Shown here: positions 39,085 to 50,120 of the stretch, one piece after another
Position numbering within the stretch: position 1 is the stretch's first letter
How the letters are laid out: the number at the start of each line of letters is the position of its first letter
Notes under the pieces: generated by a model
The model's input: the letters and a program-made list of their open reading frames with translations, nothing else
Told to the model about the DNA's origin: nothing
The model's database searches: none
Origin: Laetmonice hystrix
Taxonomy: Eukaryota
DNA: 64,000 bases
Assembly (NCBI GenBank): GCA_965235115.1
Contig: OZ249444.1
Span: forward strand, 28,706,001-28,770,000
Direction: 5' to 3'
Program-made: the position numbers and the translations under genes

Positions 39085-39868
39085 CCAGCATCAGCATTGT
39101 CCCATGTCCCTATTCCACGTAATCTCAGCATTGTCCCATGTCCCCGTGGCACTATTCCACGTTATCTGAGCATTGTCCTATGTCCCTGTGGGACTATTCC
39201 ATGTTATCTCAGCATTGTCCCATGTCCCTGTGGGACTATTCCACGTTATCTCAGCATTGTCCCATGTCCCTGTGGGACTATTCCATGTTATCTCAGCATT
39301 GTCCCATGTCCCTGTGGGACTATTCCATGTTATCTCAGCATTGTCCCATGTCCCTGTGGGACTATTCCATGTTATCTCAGCATTGTCCTATGTCCCTGTG
39401 GGACTATTCCATGTTATCTCAGCATTGTCCCATGTCCCTGTGGGACTATTCCACGTTATCTGAGCATTGTCCTATGTCCCTGTGGGACTATTCCATGTTA
39501 TCTCAGCATTGTCCCATGTCCCTGTGGGACTATTCCATGTTATCTCAGCATTGTCCCATGTCCCTGTGGGACTATTCCATGTTATCTCAGCATTGTCCCA
39601 TGTCCCTGTGGGACTATTCCATGTTATCTCAGCATTGTCCCATGTCCCTGTGGGACTATTCCATGTTATCTCAGCATTGTCCCATGTCCCTGTGGGACTA
39701 TTCCATGTTATCTCAGCATTGTCCCATGTCCCTGTGGGACTATTCCACGTTATCTCAGCATTGTCCCATGTCCCTGTGGGACTCTTCCACGTAATCTCAG
39801 CATTGTCCCATGTCCCTGTGGGACTATTCCATGTTATCTCAGCATTGTCCCATGTCCCTGTGGGACTA
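39085..39868. repeat. 42-bp minisatellite, ~19 copies
   Basis: Unit TCTCAGCATTGTCCCATGTCCCTGTGGGACTATTCCATGTTA, open in all three plus frames. Confidence 0.97.
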
Positions 39869-40044
39869 TTGATCTGAGAAATATGTTCTCAGATACCACT
39901 GAGAGGTCAGAGATAGCAATCGCCAATCGGAGCCCGGGATCTCATTGTGGTGGTGGTGCCCAGATGGTGGAACCTGTTGTCAGAGCTGATAGTGGACTGT
40001 AAGATCTGATCATGTCTCAGTACTCATTGTGTGGATCACCTACC

Positions 40045-40115
40045 CACCCTCCTACCTACCTACCCACCCACCTACCTACCTACCCACCCACCTACCCACC
40101 CACCCCCCTCCCCTA
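40045..40115. repeat. (CCTA/CCCA)n tetranucleotide tract
   Basis: TACCCACCCTCCTACCTACCTACCCACCCA... Confidence 0.85.
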
Positions 40116-40223
40116 CCTGTATCTCCTGGCCGTCACCATCAGGGATACAGACTGGTGATACCGGGGTCAGGAAGGATTAGTGTAGTCCTTGGTGGGGTTA
40201 TGTGGGAGGGTTCGAGGTAAGGG

Positions 40224-40612
40224 GAACTCCCCGTGTTTCCCGTAACCCCCGTCCCCCTCCTGCCAGGTGACGGGCCGGTGGCTGGGGACTACGGACAGTA
40301 GCAGGGTGAACGAACTCCCTGTGTTTCCCGTAACCCCCCTACCCCCTCCTGCCAGGTGACGGGCCGGTGGCTGGGGACTACGGACAGTAGCAGGGTGAAC
40401 GAACTCCCTGTGTTTCCCGTAACCCCCGTCCCTCCTGCCAGGTGACGGGCCGGTGGCTGGGGACTACGGACAGTAGCAGGGTAAACGAACTCCCTGTGTT
40501 TCCCGTAACCCCCCTACCCCCTCCTGCCAGGTGACGGGCCGGTGGTTGGGGACTACGGACAGTAGCAGGGTGAACGAACTCCCCGTGTTTCCCGTAACCC
40601 CTCCCCCTCCCG
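40224..40612. repeat. ~88-bp minisatellite, ~4.4 copies
   Basis: GAACTCCC recurs at 40224, 40312, 40401, 40487 and 40576. Confidence 0.95.
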
Positions 40613-41368
40613 GGTGGCTGCAGTTACCCGATACAAGGTAGGACCGGGGCACACTTAGCACCCCATGGACACCTCCGGCCATACCTCCATACACCACCAA
40701 CAAACAACACAAAATATCAATGAAACGGCTCGACAACGTATGTACTTCTCTATGGCGCTTATAGTGCATGGCGCTTATATCACACAGAATTGGAGCAACA
40801 TTACGGTTCGAGGTGCCGACTAAAACAAATGCATGTTTAAAACAAATGGTTGTTTAAAACAAATGGTGGTACTGAGAGTGTATGCTGTGTGTAGGTTGGG
40901 GTGAGTGGGGTTGGGGGTGAGTCGTACCAGAGTGTATGCTGTGTGTAGGTTGGGGTGAGTGGGGTGAGTGGGGGGTGAGTCGTACCAGAGTGTGCCGGGT
41001 GGCCTACCCCCTCCCCCATGATGAGGTAATCATAGAGTCTATGTTAACACACATATCGCCCCTGGAACACTCACAGCAGGGTACCATAGACTTTCATAAC
41101 TCTGTCGCCCTGGTTAGGCTATTTCAAAAAGACACTGAACCTTTCCGACTGTTGTGAGCTGCATACGTTTAGAAATACAATTGACTTTATAAAGTGAGAA
41201 ACAACAAACAGTTTTACTTAGATCATGAAACTATGATCTGGGATCTGTTTGTGTTCATAATATCTAACGATGTCAAACTATAATCTGGCGTTGTAAATAT
41301 ATAAGAACAACATGCCTGAAAGCAAGTTTACCATCATATCAATATGTTTACAAAGACTATTAGTTTAA

Positions 41369-41709
41369 AGGTGCTATTCGTCTCGCACAGAATGGCATTT
41401 CTCCTATCATACATTGTGCACATAGTACTAGAAAAAATTCCTACCGATACCATTGGCCTGATAAACCTTCTATTAGTTTGTGTGCAGCATTTGAAACCTA
41501 TCTCGGTGCGCACCGAGATAGAGCAATTTCCTATGGTGAGGCGTGTCAGGGTCTCCACAGGCCTTCTGAGAGAGCCCCATTTGTGCCGTTATCCATGAAA
41601 AATTTTGATTTCCTTTGTTGTGAATCTATTTCCATGATAGGTGGGATCACATAAACGTCAACAAAATTAAAAATAAAAAAATTGATTTTTTTTTTCACGA
41701 ATAGCACCT
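41369..41709. mobile_element. Non-autonomous DNA transposon (MITE), Kolobok-type, 341 bp
   Basis: Perfect 13-bp TIR AGGTGCTATTCGT (41369-41381) / ACGAATAGCACCT (41697-41709), with TTAA on both sides (41365-41368, 41710-41713). TTAA TSD plus purine-purine termini fits Kolobok rather than piggyBac (CCY termini). No coding capacity. Confidence 0.8.
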
Positions 41710-41894
41710 TTAAACTAACAAAATCATCATTATGTTGAAAAACTTCAAAGGTTACAAGGTTATAATTTCATGGTTGTGTCAGGTGTAGTACGAGTGTCAA
41801 CTGTAGTCATTAGCGAATTCAATAAGTTACAAGCCGTACAGTAGGAGGTATGAGAGAGTGGGACCCTCACCATGTCATGTTGACCCTGTGCCAC

Positions 41895-42238
41895 AGTATG
41901 ATGTGGTCACACCGAGTATGATGTGGTCACACCGAGTATGATGTGGTCACACCGAGTATGATGTGGTCACACCGAGTATGATGTGGTCACACCCAGTATG
42001 ATGTGGTCACACCCAGTATGATGTGGTCACACCCAGTATGATGTGGAACATGATGTGGTCACACCGAGTATGATGTGGTCACACCGAGTATGATGTGGTC
42101 ACACCGAGTATGATGTGGTCACACCCAGTATGATGTGGTCACACCCAGTATGATGTGGTCACACCGAGTATGATGTGGTCACACCGAGCATGATGTGGTC
42201 ACACCCAGTATGATGTGGTCACACCCAGTATGATGTGG
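41895..42238. repeat. 20-bp minisatellite, ~17 copies
   Basis: Unit AGTATGATGTGGTCACACC(G/C). Confidence 0.97.
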
Positions 42239-43605
42239 CTGAGTTGACCATGTGCCACTATATCTAGTCCTCGCTCCCCCTCAAACTATTCCCAGCACTG
42301 CCTCAACCCTTACACCTAACCCTACCCAATATCATATTAGTGACGGACTAACCACATCTGTGGACTAACCGTCGAAACACTACAGTACATTGTACCAGTA
42401 GGCCTACATATTCTATTATTACCAGCGGTTTAAACTATATCAATTTACGTGATCCAAACACCTCCACCACCACATTGCTATGTTTATTCTACCTGTACAC
42501 GTTAGGAGAATATACCACCATTTTATTTAACTCATTACTAGGTTTAACACGGGGCTTGTATTGTTAGTATTGTTACAGCCGATGCGGCCTTGACTTTCAT
42601 GGTTGCGTCAGCTGTATAGTACAAGTGTCAATCGTTAAACATACATTTCATGTCCTTACTACCTTGGCCTACTATTGTCACACTGGAAGAGTCAGTCAGC
42701 AAATATTCAATCTAAAACCTTTGAAATGGAAATTTGGTTAAAACGCTGAGAACATCTTGGGGCAAAGTTAGTGAGGACAAGAAATGACATCAGAGAGCAG
42801 CAGTTGAATGGGGGAAACAAAATTTGTTGTCGGCCTCAGAAAGAAACGTCTTTAGGTAATGTTACACGGGTTATTTATAGCTATACGTCAATGAGGAGGT
42901 TTTGTAATATGGACGCCGGGATCTTCCCCTGCTGTGCTATACTGGTATTCGTAAACAACTTCTAACAAAGTTCCTTCTAAAACCACGCCAGTTCCAAAAC
43001 TAATCAAGAGACAGCGAGTTTTCTCATTTTTACATAAATACTGATATGATATGAATCATGTTCTGAAGGTAATATCGTATGACATTTACACGTGGCCAGC
43101 TTCCAAGAACTCCCACAACGACATAGCCGGACTACAGCGCTGACCCCTAGCGGGTTTCCTGAGAACTAACTGGCACTGAGCTCCTTTCCAAGTCCCGGAT
43201 TGAAGTGTTATCATTACGCGTGTGTCGTTCTACCAAACCGGTGACAGATGGCTTGATGGGATATGTTTTAGCCACTCCCGAATCCGCTCTAATCGGAACT
43301 AATTCAAGATGTTTGTAAAAAGTCTCATACATTCTCACTGGAAGTTTTCTGACTGATTTATCTAGAGCTATTAAATCTTACTTGATTACGTGAAGGGAAA
43401 GTCCACACGAGGACGACTCCCTGATCTATTACAAACCATTGATTAGGGTACCGTTATTATGTAGAGCAGTGGGGGATCCAGGATTTTGATAATGGCGGGG
43501 GGGGGGGGCACCTGAACAAATTGTTTAGCCTTAGGAAAATCTAAGTTATAATGTAGTAGGATCTGTCCACCTTGTGAACAAGTATACTAGGCGAGAGAGG
43601 GACAT

Positions 43606-43750
43606 NNNNNNNNNNNNNNNNNNNNNNNNNNNNNNNNNNNNNNNNNNNNNNNNNNNNNNNNNNNNNNNNNNNNNNNNNNNNNNNNNNNNNNNNNNNNNNN
43701 NNNNNNNNNNNNNNNNNNNNNNNNNNNNNNNNNNNNNNNNNNNNNNNNNN
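43606..43750. other. Assembly gap (145 N)
   Basis: Run of N in the sequence; true size unknown. Confidence 0.99.
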
Positions 43751-45199
43751 AGAGACTGAGGACAGTGTCGAGCATTTCTAACAAATACTCTCAAACCATT
43801 ACCAGAACATATTAAGAAGTACAATAGCTGATGCTAACCCGCCCCATCCCAAGTGGACAGCATACAGGCCAATATATTGCGAATCTTTCCCAACACATAT
43901 ATTCCATCACATTTCAGGGGTTCTCATAATCCCGGAAATCTAAGGATATTATGGAGTTTGCCAGGAAGGAACCGGGACGAATGGCACAAGGGCCTGGGGG
44001 CCTGAGAGCCGGTCTAAGGCCAAAATGGATCCTGATATGTCTCCTCTCAGCCTGGCCAAAATGTAGTGTCACTAATCGACACGTCGCCGTAATACGGCCT
44101 TGTACGGGCGGGGCCGGAGGACGGTGGGCTGACCGGGCCGGGAGCAACTCTATCCCCGCCCGTATGGTCCACACGTGCGATCTCAGTGTTCCCGGTCCCA
44201 GCCGCCGACCCCGCAGCTTCAGTCGCATATGGCCAATACTGTCATATCAGAACTCAGACTAATCAGACAGTTTGTGCAAACAATACCGTGCAAAGTATGA
44301 CAATGTGAACGAAATACAAGAAGTCGGGATGAAATCAGGCAAGTTGCCCGACACCGAGCAGCAATTAATCGTGTCGCTGTGGATGGTCAGGAAATTAAAT
44401 CTATACTGTAGGAGTATCATGTGCGCCGAGTAGAAGCTCTCACAAGTGCTTCGCAATGCAATACCTATTTTATTTTCTGCACATTTTATTCTAAAAATTT
44501 TCTCATTTTTTATATACTGCTGACACGGCGTTGGGAAATACGAGACAGAAATTGGACGACCTATGTATACCTGGAGATAACCTTTCCTTATCTTCGTTTT
44601 GTAATTTTACTTCTCCTTAATGACAAACCCAAAAGAAAGGAAAAAGCTCTTGAAATTTCGAAAATACACCACTGTCAGTCAGCAAAAGAACATTGTCAGG
44701 AATGACAGCAATTAATAGAATGAAATCCACTGTGGTTGGGTTACCAAGACTTGACAATAGTTACGGTTTCTGTTACATCCCGTGTAGCTTTCTTACACCT
44801 GTGAATTCTACCTCTCTAACTCTGGGTATGGTACAGATTTGGAAGTTTTATTTCCTTAATAAAAACACCAATGAACCCTTCTGAGTTCATCTTATCAGAA
44901 CTTTGAGAAAACGTTTTACTTGGACAGGGACTGCGTTGTCAGGCATAGTTTTTTTCCCGCACATTATCAAAAATTCCTGCAGATTTTATTTTTAATAAAT
45001 CAGGATATCCCACTCGACTAACAGTGCCGTTAAAATGTGGGGTCCTGGACACAAAGTAATTATTTACAGTGCCTCATAACATGAACATACATAAAACACA
45101 CATACACACATATAACACATCACCAGTGAACTATTTCAAGGTTATTGTCGGAAAAGAACATTCATTTTTTTATCTCTACTTTAAATTCATTTAAGTCAG

Positions 45200-45635
45200 T
45201 TAGGCATCTGATACAAGTTTGGCGTTTAAAGATGTGGAGACAGACAAGATGAGAAGGAGCTGTGCTGACCGCTGTGAAAGGTGACAGTCAAGGAATCTCT
45301 CAATGATCTCCACAAACTGCCTGGAGACGGAGCCGTTCCGCTCGCCGCTGGAGTCGACCAGCCCGCCGCCCGCCAGTCTCTCCCGGCTTCCATCACACAC
45401 CCCGCGCCCTTCCTACACCTGGGGTCCATGCAGTAACCCTATCATCCCCTATTGTCCCCATTCCTCTCGTGTCTTTTATTCCGACATCTTTGCGTACAGG
45501 TCGCTTGTCGTTTGGCGGTCCTTTCCCGGGCGAACCGCATTGATTGCCGGAGCACGTTACCCGTCCTCCAGCCATACAATCGTTGCTCGCCAGGTAAATG
45601 GTTTGAGAACAGTCCAGGTTGGCCGGAACAGGTGA
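45200..45635. other. Exon-like GC3-biased segment of unknown identity and strand
   Basis: 20 consecutive G/C-ending codons (45376-45317) in minus frame ...LAGGGLVDSSGERNGSVSRQ.... The same third positions are shared with plus ORF 45303..45635 (MISTNCLETEPFRSP...). No homology recognised. Confidence 0.3.
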
Positions 45636-45785
45636 GAGATCCCAGGAAACAGAGACCGTCCAAGGAGATCAAAGTAAGCTCCAGACAATCGGCCCATCCT
45701 GCTCAGATTGGGTCACACATCCTGACACTGCTCGTGGACATGTACCTCGTGTCAGCTGGTAAACGGCGACCTCACAGCACTTCGA

Positions 45786-47033
45786 ACCCTGTCCTTCCCG
45801 GAGATTCAACCCTCTCCTTCCCGGAGATTCAACCCTCTCCTTCCATGAGATCCAACCCTCTCCTTCCATGAGATCCAACCCTCTCCTTCCATGAGATCCA
45901 GCCCCCTCCTTCCATGAGATCCAGCCCTCTCCTTCCATGAGATCCAGCCCCCTCCTTCCATGAGATCCAGCCCCCTCCTTCCATCAGATCCAACCCTCTC
46001 CTTCCATGAGATCGAACCCTCTCCTTCCCGGAGATTTAACCCTCTCCTTCCATGAGATCTAACCCTCTCCTTCCATGAGATCCAACCCTCTCCGTCCACG
46101 AGATCCAACCCTCTCCTTCCATGAGATCCAACCCCCTCCTTCCATGAGATCGAACCCTCTCCTTCCATGAGATCGAACCCTCTCCTTCCATGAGATCCAA
46201 CCCTCTCCTTCCATGAGATCCAACCCTCTCCTTCCATGAGATCGAACCCTCTCCTTCCATGAGATCCAGCCCTCTCCTTCCATGAGATCGAACCCTCTCC
46301 TTCCATGAGATCCAACCCTTTCCTTCCATGAGATCGAACCCTCTCCTTCCATGAGATCCAACCCTGTCCTTCCATGAGATCCAGCCCTCTCCTTCCATGA
46401 GATCTAACCCTCTCCTTCCATGAGATCCAACCCTCTCCTTCCATGAGATCCAGTCATTTCCTTCCATGAGATCCAACCCTCTCCTTCCATGAGATCCAGT
46501 CCTTTCCTTCCATGAGATCCAACCCTCTCCTTCCATGAGATCCAACCCTCTCCTTCCATGAGATCCAACCCTCTCCTTCCATGAGATCCAGCCCTCTCCT
46601 TCCATGAGATCCAACCCTCTCCTTCCATGAGATCCAACCCTCTCCTTCCATGAGATCCAACCCTCTCCTTCCATGAGATCCAACCCTCTCCTTCCCGGAG
46701 ATTCAACCCTCTCCTTCCATGAGATCAAACCCTCTCCTTCCATGAGATCCAACCCTCTCCTTCCATGAGATCTAACCCTCTCCTTCCATGAGATCGAACC
46801 CTCTCCTTCCATGAGATCTAACCCTCTCCTTCCATGAGATCTAACCCTCTCCTTCCATGAGATCGAACCCTCTCCTTCCATGAGATCGAACCCTCTCCTT
46901 CCATGAGATCGAACCCTCTCCTTCCATGAGATCGAACCCTCTCCTTCCATGAGATCCAACCCTCTCCTTCCCGGAGATCCAACCCTCTCCTTCCATGAGA
47001 TCCAACCCTCTCCTTCCATGAGATCTAACCCTC
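45786..47033. repeat. 23-bp minisatellite, ~54 copies
   Basis: Unit GAGATCCAACCCTCTCCTTCCAT. Confidence 0.97.
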
Positions 47034-47049
47034 TGTTCTATCGGGCTTT

Positions 47050-47215
47050 TGTATTATTCTGTTGTAGGTTTGCAATGAAATGATACGGTGATGCCTGCTG
47101 TATCATTCTGTTGTAGGTTTGCAATGAAATGATACGGTGATGCCTGCTGTATCATTCTGTTGTAGGGTCAATAGGCCAATGAAATGATACGGTGATGCCT
47201 GTTGTATCATTTTGT
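47050..47215. repeat. ~52-bp tandem repeat, 3 copies
   Basis: ATTCTGTTGTAGGTTTGCAATGAAATGATACGGTGATGCCTGCTGTATC repeated. Confidence 0.88.
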
Positions 47216-47469
47216 TGTTATTATGATTCCATGACCTGCCAGTTCCTGGTATCAACATGATCAGATCTCCTAAATGACTGATACCGGTATACCCTGTATA
47301 CCACGGCTACCACATCCCCTACCCCTCCTACACACTTCCTATCACCAAGTCTCCAGGTCAGAACGTCTTAACTACATGACAGCCTCACACTGTAACCCGA
47401 TCGTAGAGGGCTCTGAGTAGATGTCACTTTTGTCATCTTCATGATAGTGATGAGCAGCAAGTGGCCATC

Positions 47470-47700
47470 GTCATCACTTTATAACATTACAAAGGTCATC
47501 ACAAAGGTCATCTTCATCACTTTATAACATTACAAAGGTCATCACAAAGGTCATCTTCATCACTTTATAACATTACAAAGGTCATCTTCATCACTTTATA
47601 ACATTACAAAGGTCATCACAAAGGTCATCATCATCACTTTATAACATTACAAAGGTCATCACAAAGGTCATCTTTATATCACTCCATAACATCACAAAGG
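47470..47700. repeat. ~43-bp tandem repeat, ~5 copies
   Basis: ATCACTTTATAACATTACAAAGGTCATCACAAAGGTCATCTTC repeated. Confidence 0.9.
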
Positions 47701-47759
47701 AGCAGCAGCAAAACGCGTCGTCTTAACTATGCCACTGCTGATTACCAAAAGTCTAACAC

Positions 47760-48675
47760 TGGCCTTGCTCAGATAATGGGTAAGTTTTACATTAGCCTTG
47801 CTCAGACAATGGGAAAGTGTAACGGAAGCCTTGCTCAGACAATGGGAAATTGTAACGGAAGCCTTGGTAAGACCATGGGAAATTGTAACGGAGGCATTGG
47901 TCAGACAATGGGAAATGGTAACGGACACATTGGTCTGACAATGGGAAATTGTAACGGAGGCCTTGGTAAGACCATGGGAAATTGTAACGGAGGCCTTGGT
48001 AAGACCATGGGAAATGGTAACGGAGGCATTGGTCAAACAATGGGAAATTGTAACGGAGGCCTTGGTAAGACCATGGGAAATTGTAACGGAGGCATTGGTC
48101 AGACAATGGGAAATTGTAACGGAGGCATTGGTAAGACCATGGGAAATTGTAACGGAGGCATTGGTAAGACCATGGGACAGTGGCTTTGCTCAGGTATTGG
48201 GAAAGTGTAGCAGTGACTTTGCTCAGGTATTGGGAAAGTGTAGCACTGGCTTTGCTCAGGTATTGGGAAAGTGTAGCATTGGCTTTGCTCAGGTATTGGG
48301 AAAGTGTAGCAGTGGCTTCATGCTCAGATATTGGGAAAGTGTAGCACTGACTTTGCTCAGATATTGTGAAAGTGTAGCAGTGGCTTCATGCTCAGATATT
48401 GGGAAGGTGTAGCACTGACTTTGCTCAGATATTGGGAAAGTGTAGCACTGACTTTGCTCAGATATTGGGAAGGTGTAGCACTGACTTTGCTCAGATATTG
48501 GGAAAGTGTAGCAGTGGCTTCATGCTCAGATATTGGGAAAGTGTAGCAGTGGCTTCATGCTCAGGTATTGGGAAAGTGTAGCACTGGCTTTGCTCAGGTA
48601 TTGGGAAAGTGTAGCACTGACTTTGCTCAGATATTGGGATAGTGTAGCACTGACTTTGCTCAGATATTGGGATAG
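47760..48675. repeat. Two adjacent related 33-bp minisatellites
   Basis: Left unit ~ATGGGAAATTGTAACGGAGGCATTGGTAAGACC (47760-48180). Right unit ~CTCAGATATTGGGAAAGTGTAGCACTGACTTTG (48180-48675), with 35-bp variants. Confidence 0.95.
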
Positions 48676-49849
48676 CGTCACACACACCTTGCTCCGACAT
48701 TGAAAACTGCGGCCAGAGTCCAATAATGGAGACAGGATCTGGCGGTGTAACACGTTCCTTTGACTCCCTGAACCGACTCTACAGGTTCTCAATGTGTCCC
48801 ACTCAAGTTCTGTATCTACCTGACATTCAATGGTTGCAGCATCAGCTAGTGTCATGTCAGAACAGCACAAAGCCAGGCCCTAACACAATGAGCTCAGTCC
48901 TCGACCATCGGTCAACGCCCGCTCGGCACTGAGCCTTGTTAATCCGCTAAGCCATTAAGCCCGCCACTAAATCTAGCCCCATTGAAAGTCCACTCCAAAT
49001 ACTGCCGTCACGGCCGTATGTCAGGGACCGACCGGCTGCCCCCGTATATCCCCGCCACTGTCCCTGTCCCCCTGTATCAACTGTGGCGGGGACAAACCGC
49101 ACGGCGTGCAGGATGACATTTGCATCAATATGAAACACAAACATACGTGTATGGGACAGCAAACAATCTGTAACAGTTCCACGAGTCAGGTCGATCAATA
49201 TGGGGGTGTTTGAGGCCCCGACTGGCCACTGGGTGAGTGGAGGAGTACGGACGGGGTGGCGGGGGGCATTGTCCGGCCGTCAATGGTGCCATAAAGCGTG
49301 ATGTTTGCCACTCCGTCCTGGCTTTGTGCCGGACTCATACTCTCCATGGTGTTAATGCAGGCAGTGCCCTGCGTCCACAATGGTCGAGTATGGACACTCT
49401 CAGGACTACTGGACATGAAACAAAACAGTCGGTGTGGACGGGGGGTGGATGGTGATGGCGGACAGCTTTCACATACCTCATCTACTCCATCTCTCAACAA
49501 CACTCAGGACAATAGACAAACTTTTCACAATGTATTATTGCATGGAGAGTAGGACATGGACCAATGCTGTGGGTGCCAGCAGGTATAGCAGAACAATACC
49601 AGGATCAGGTAGATATCGGACTACCTCACCACTCACCCACCCAGCCGTCCCGTTCACTTAACCTACCTGGAAATGATAAAACATTTACCTCTACGTCCGC
49701 TCGACCATGTGGCGGGGGATTAGGCAATAATCCAATCAAATTACAGTAAGGGATCCGGGGGAATGGAAAATTGTTGTTTAAAAAAAATTAATCCTACATC
49801 TAATTTTCGTAAAGTTGTTGGCATGGAGTTTTGGAGATGCGGCGGATTC

Positions 49850-50120
49850 AAGTGTTGTTCCAGCCAGGCTGTCCTGTTGACAGAACAAGTCCTGTTGGTA
49901 GAACAAGCAATGTTTGTACATGGCTTGTCCTGAAACCATGACTTGAACCATGGAACCAGAACAAGCAATGTTTGTACATGGCTTGTCCTGTTCCAGCCAG
50001 GCTATCCTGTTGACAGAACAAGTCCTGTTGGCAGAACAAGCAATGTTTGTACATGGCTTGTCCTGTTCCAGCCAGGCTGTCCTGTTGACAGAACAAGCAA
50101 TGTTTGTACATGGCTTGTGA
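49850..50120. repeat. Imperfect ~55-75-bp tandem repeat
   Basis: AGAACAAGCAATGTTTGTACATGGCTTGTCCTG x4, with CCAGCCAGGCTGTCCTGTTGACAGAACAAG blocks. Confidence 0.85.

Noticed and set aside
39097-40002. 301-aa Cys-rich (metallothionein/keratin-associated-like) ORF
   Set aside because: Pure read-through of the 42-bp unit, which is open in all three plus frames. No signal peptide or splice context.
43467-43510. CAGTGGGGGATCCAGG...poly-G, like the left end of a common short invertebrate MITE
   Set aside because: No matching right end is visible before the gap, so it cannot be supported as an element.
47776-48210. Gly/Asn/Cys 11-aa repeat ORF (MGNCNGGIGKT) resembling a beta-solenoid protein
   Set aside because: It is a 33-bp minisatellite. 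The homologous register in the adjoining array is reached only by a frameshift and is broken by 35-bp units.
49301-49552. Plus ORF with a signal-peptide-like start (MFATPSWLCAGLILSMVLMQAVPC)
   Set aside because: Short, with no recognisable mature peptide or cleavage pattern. It is the in-register antisense of another open frame, as expected by chance in GC-rich DNA.
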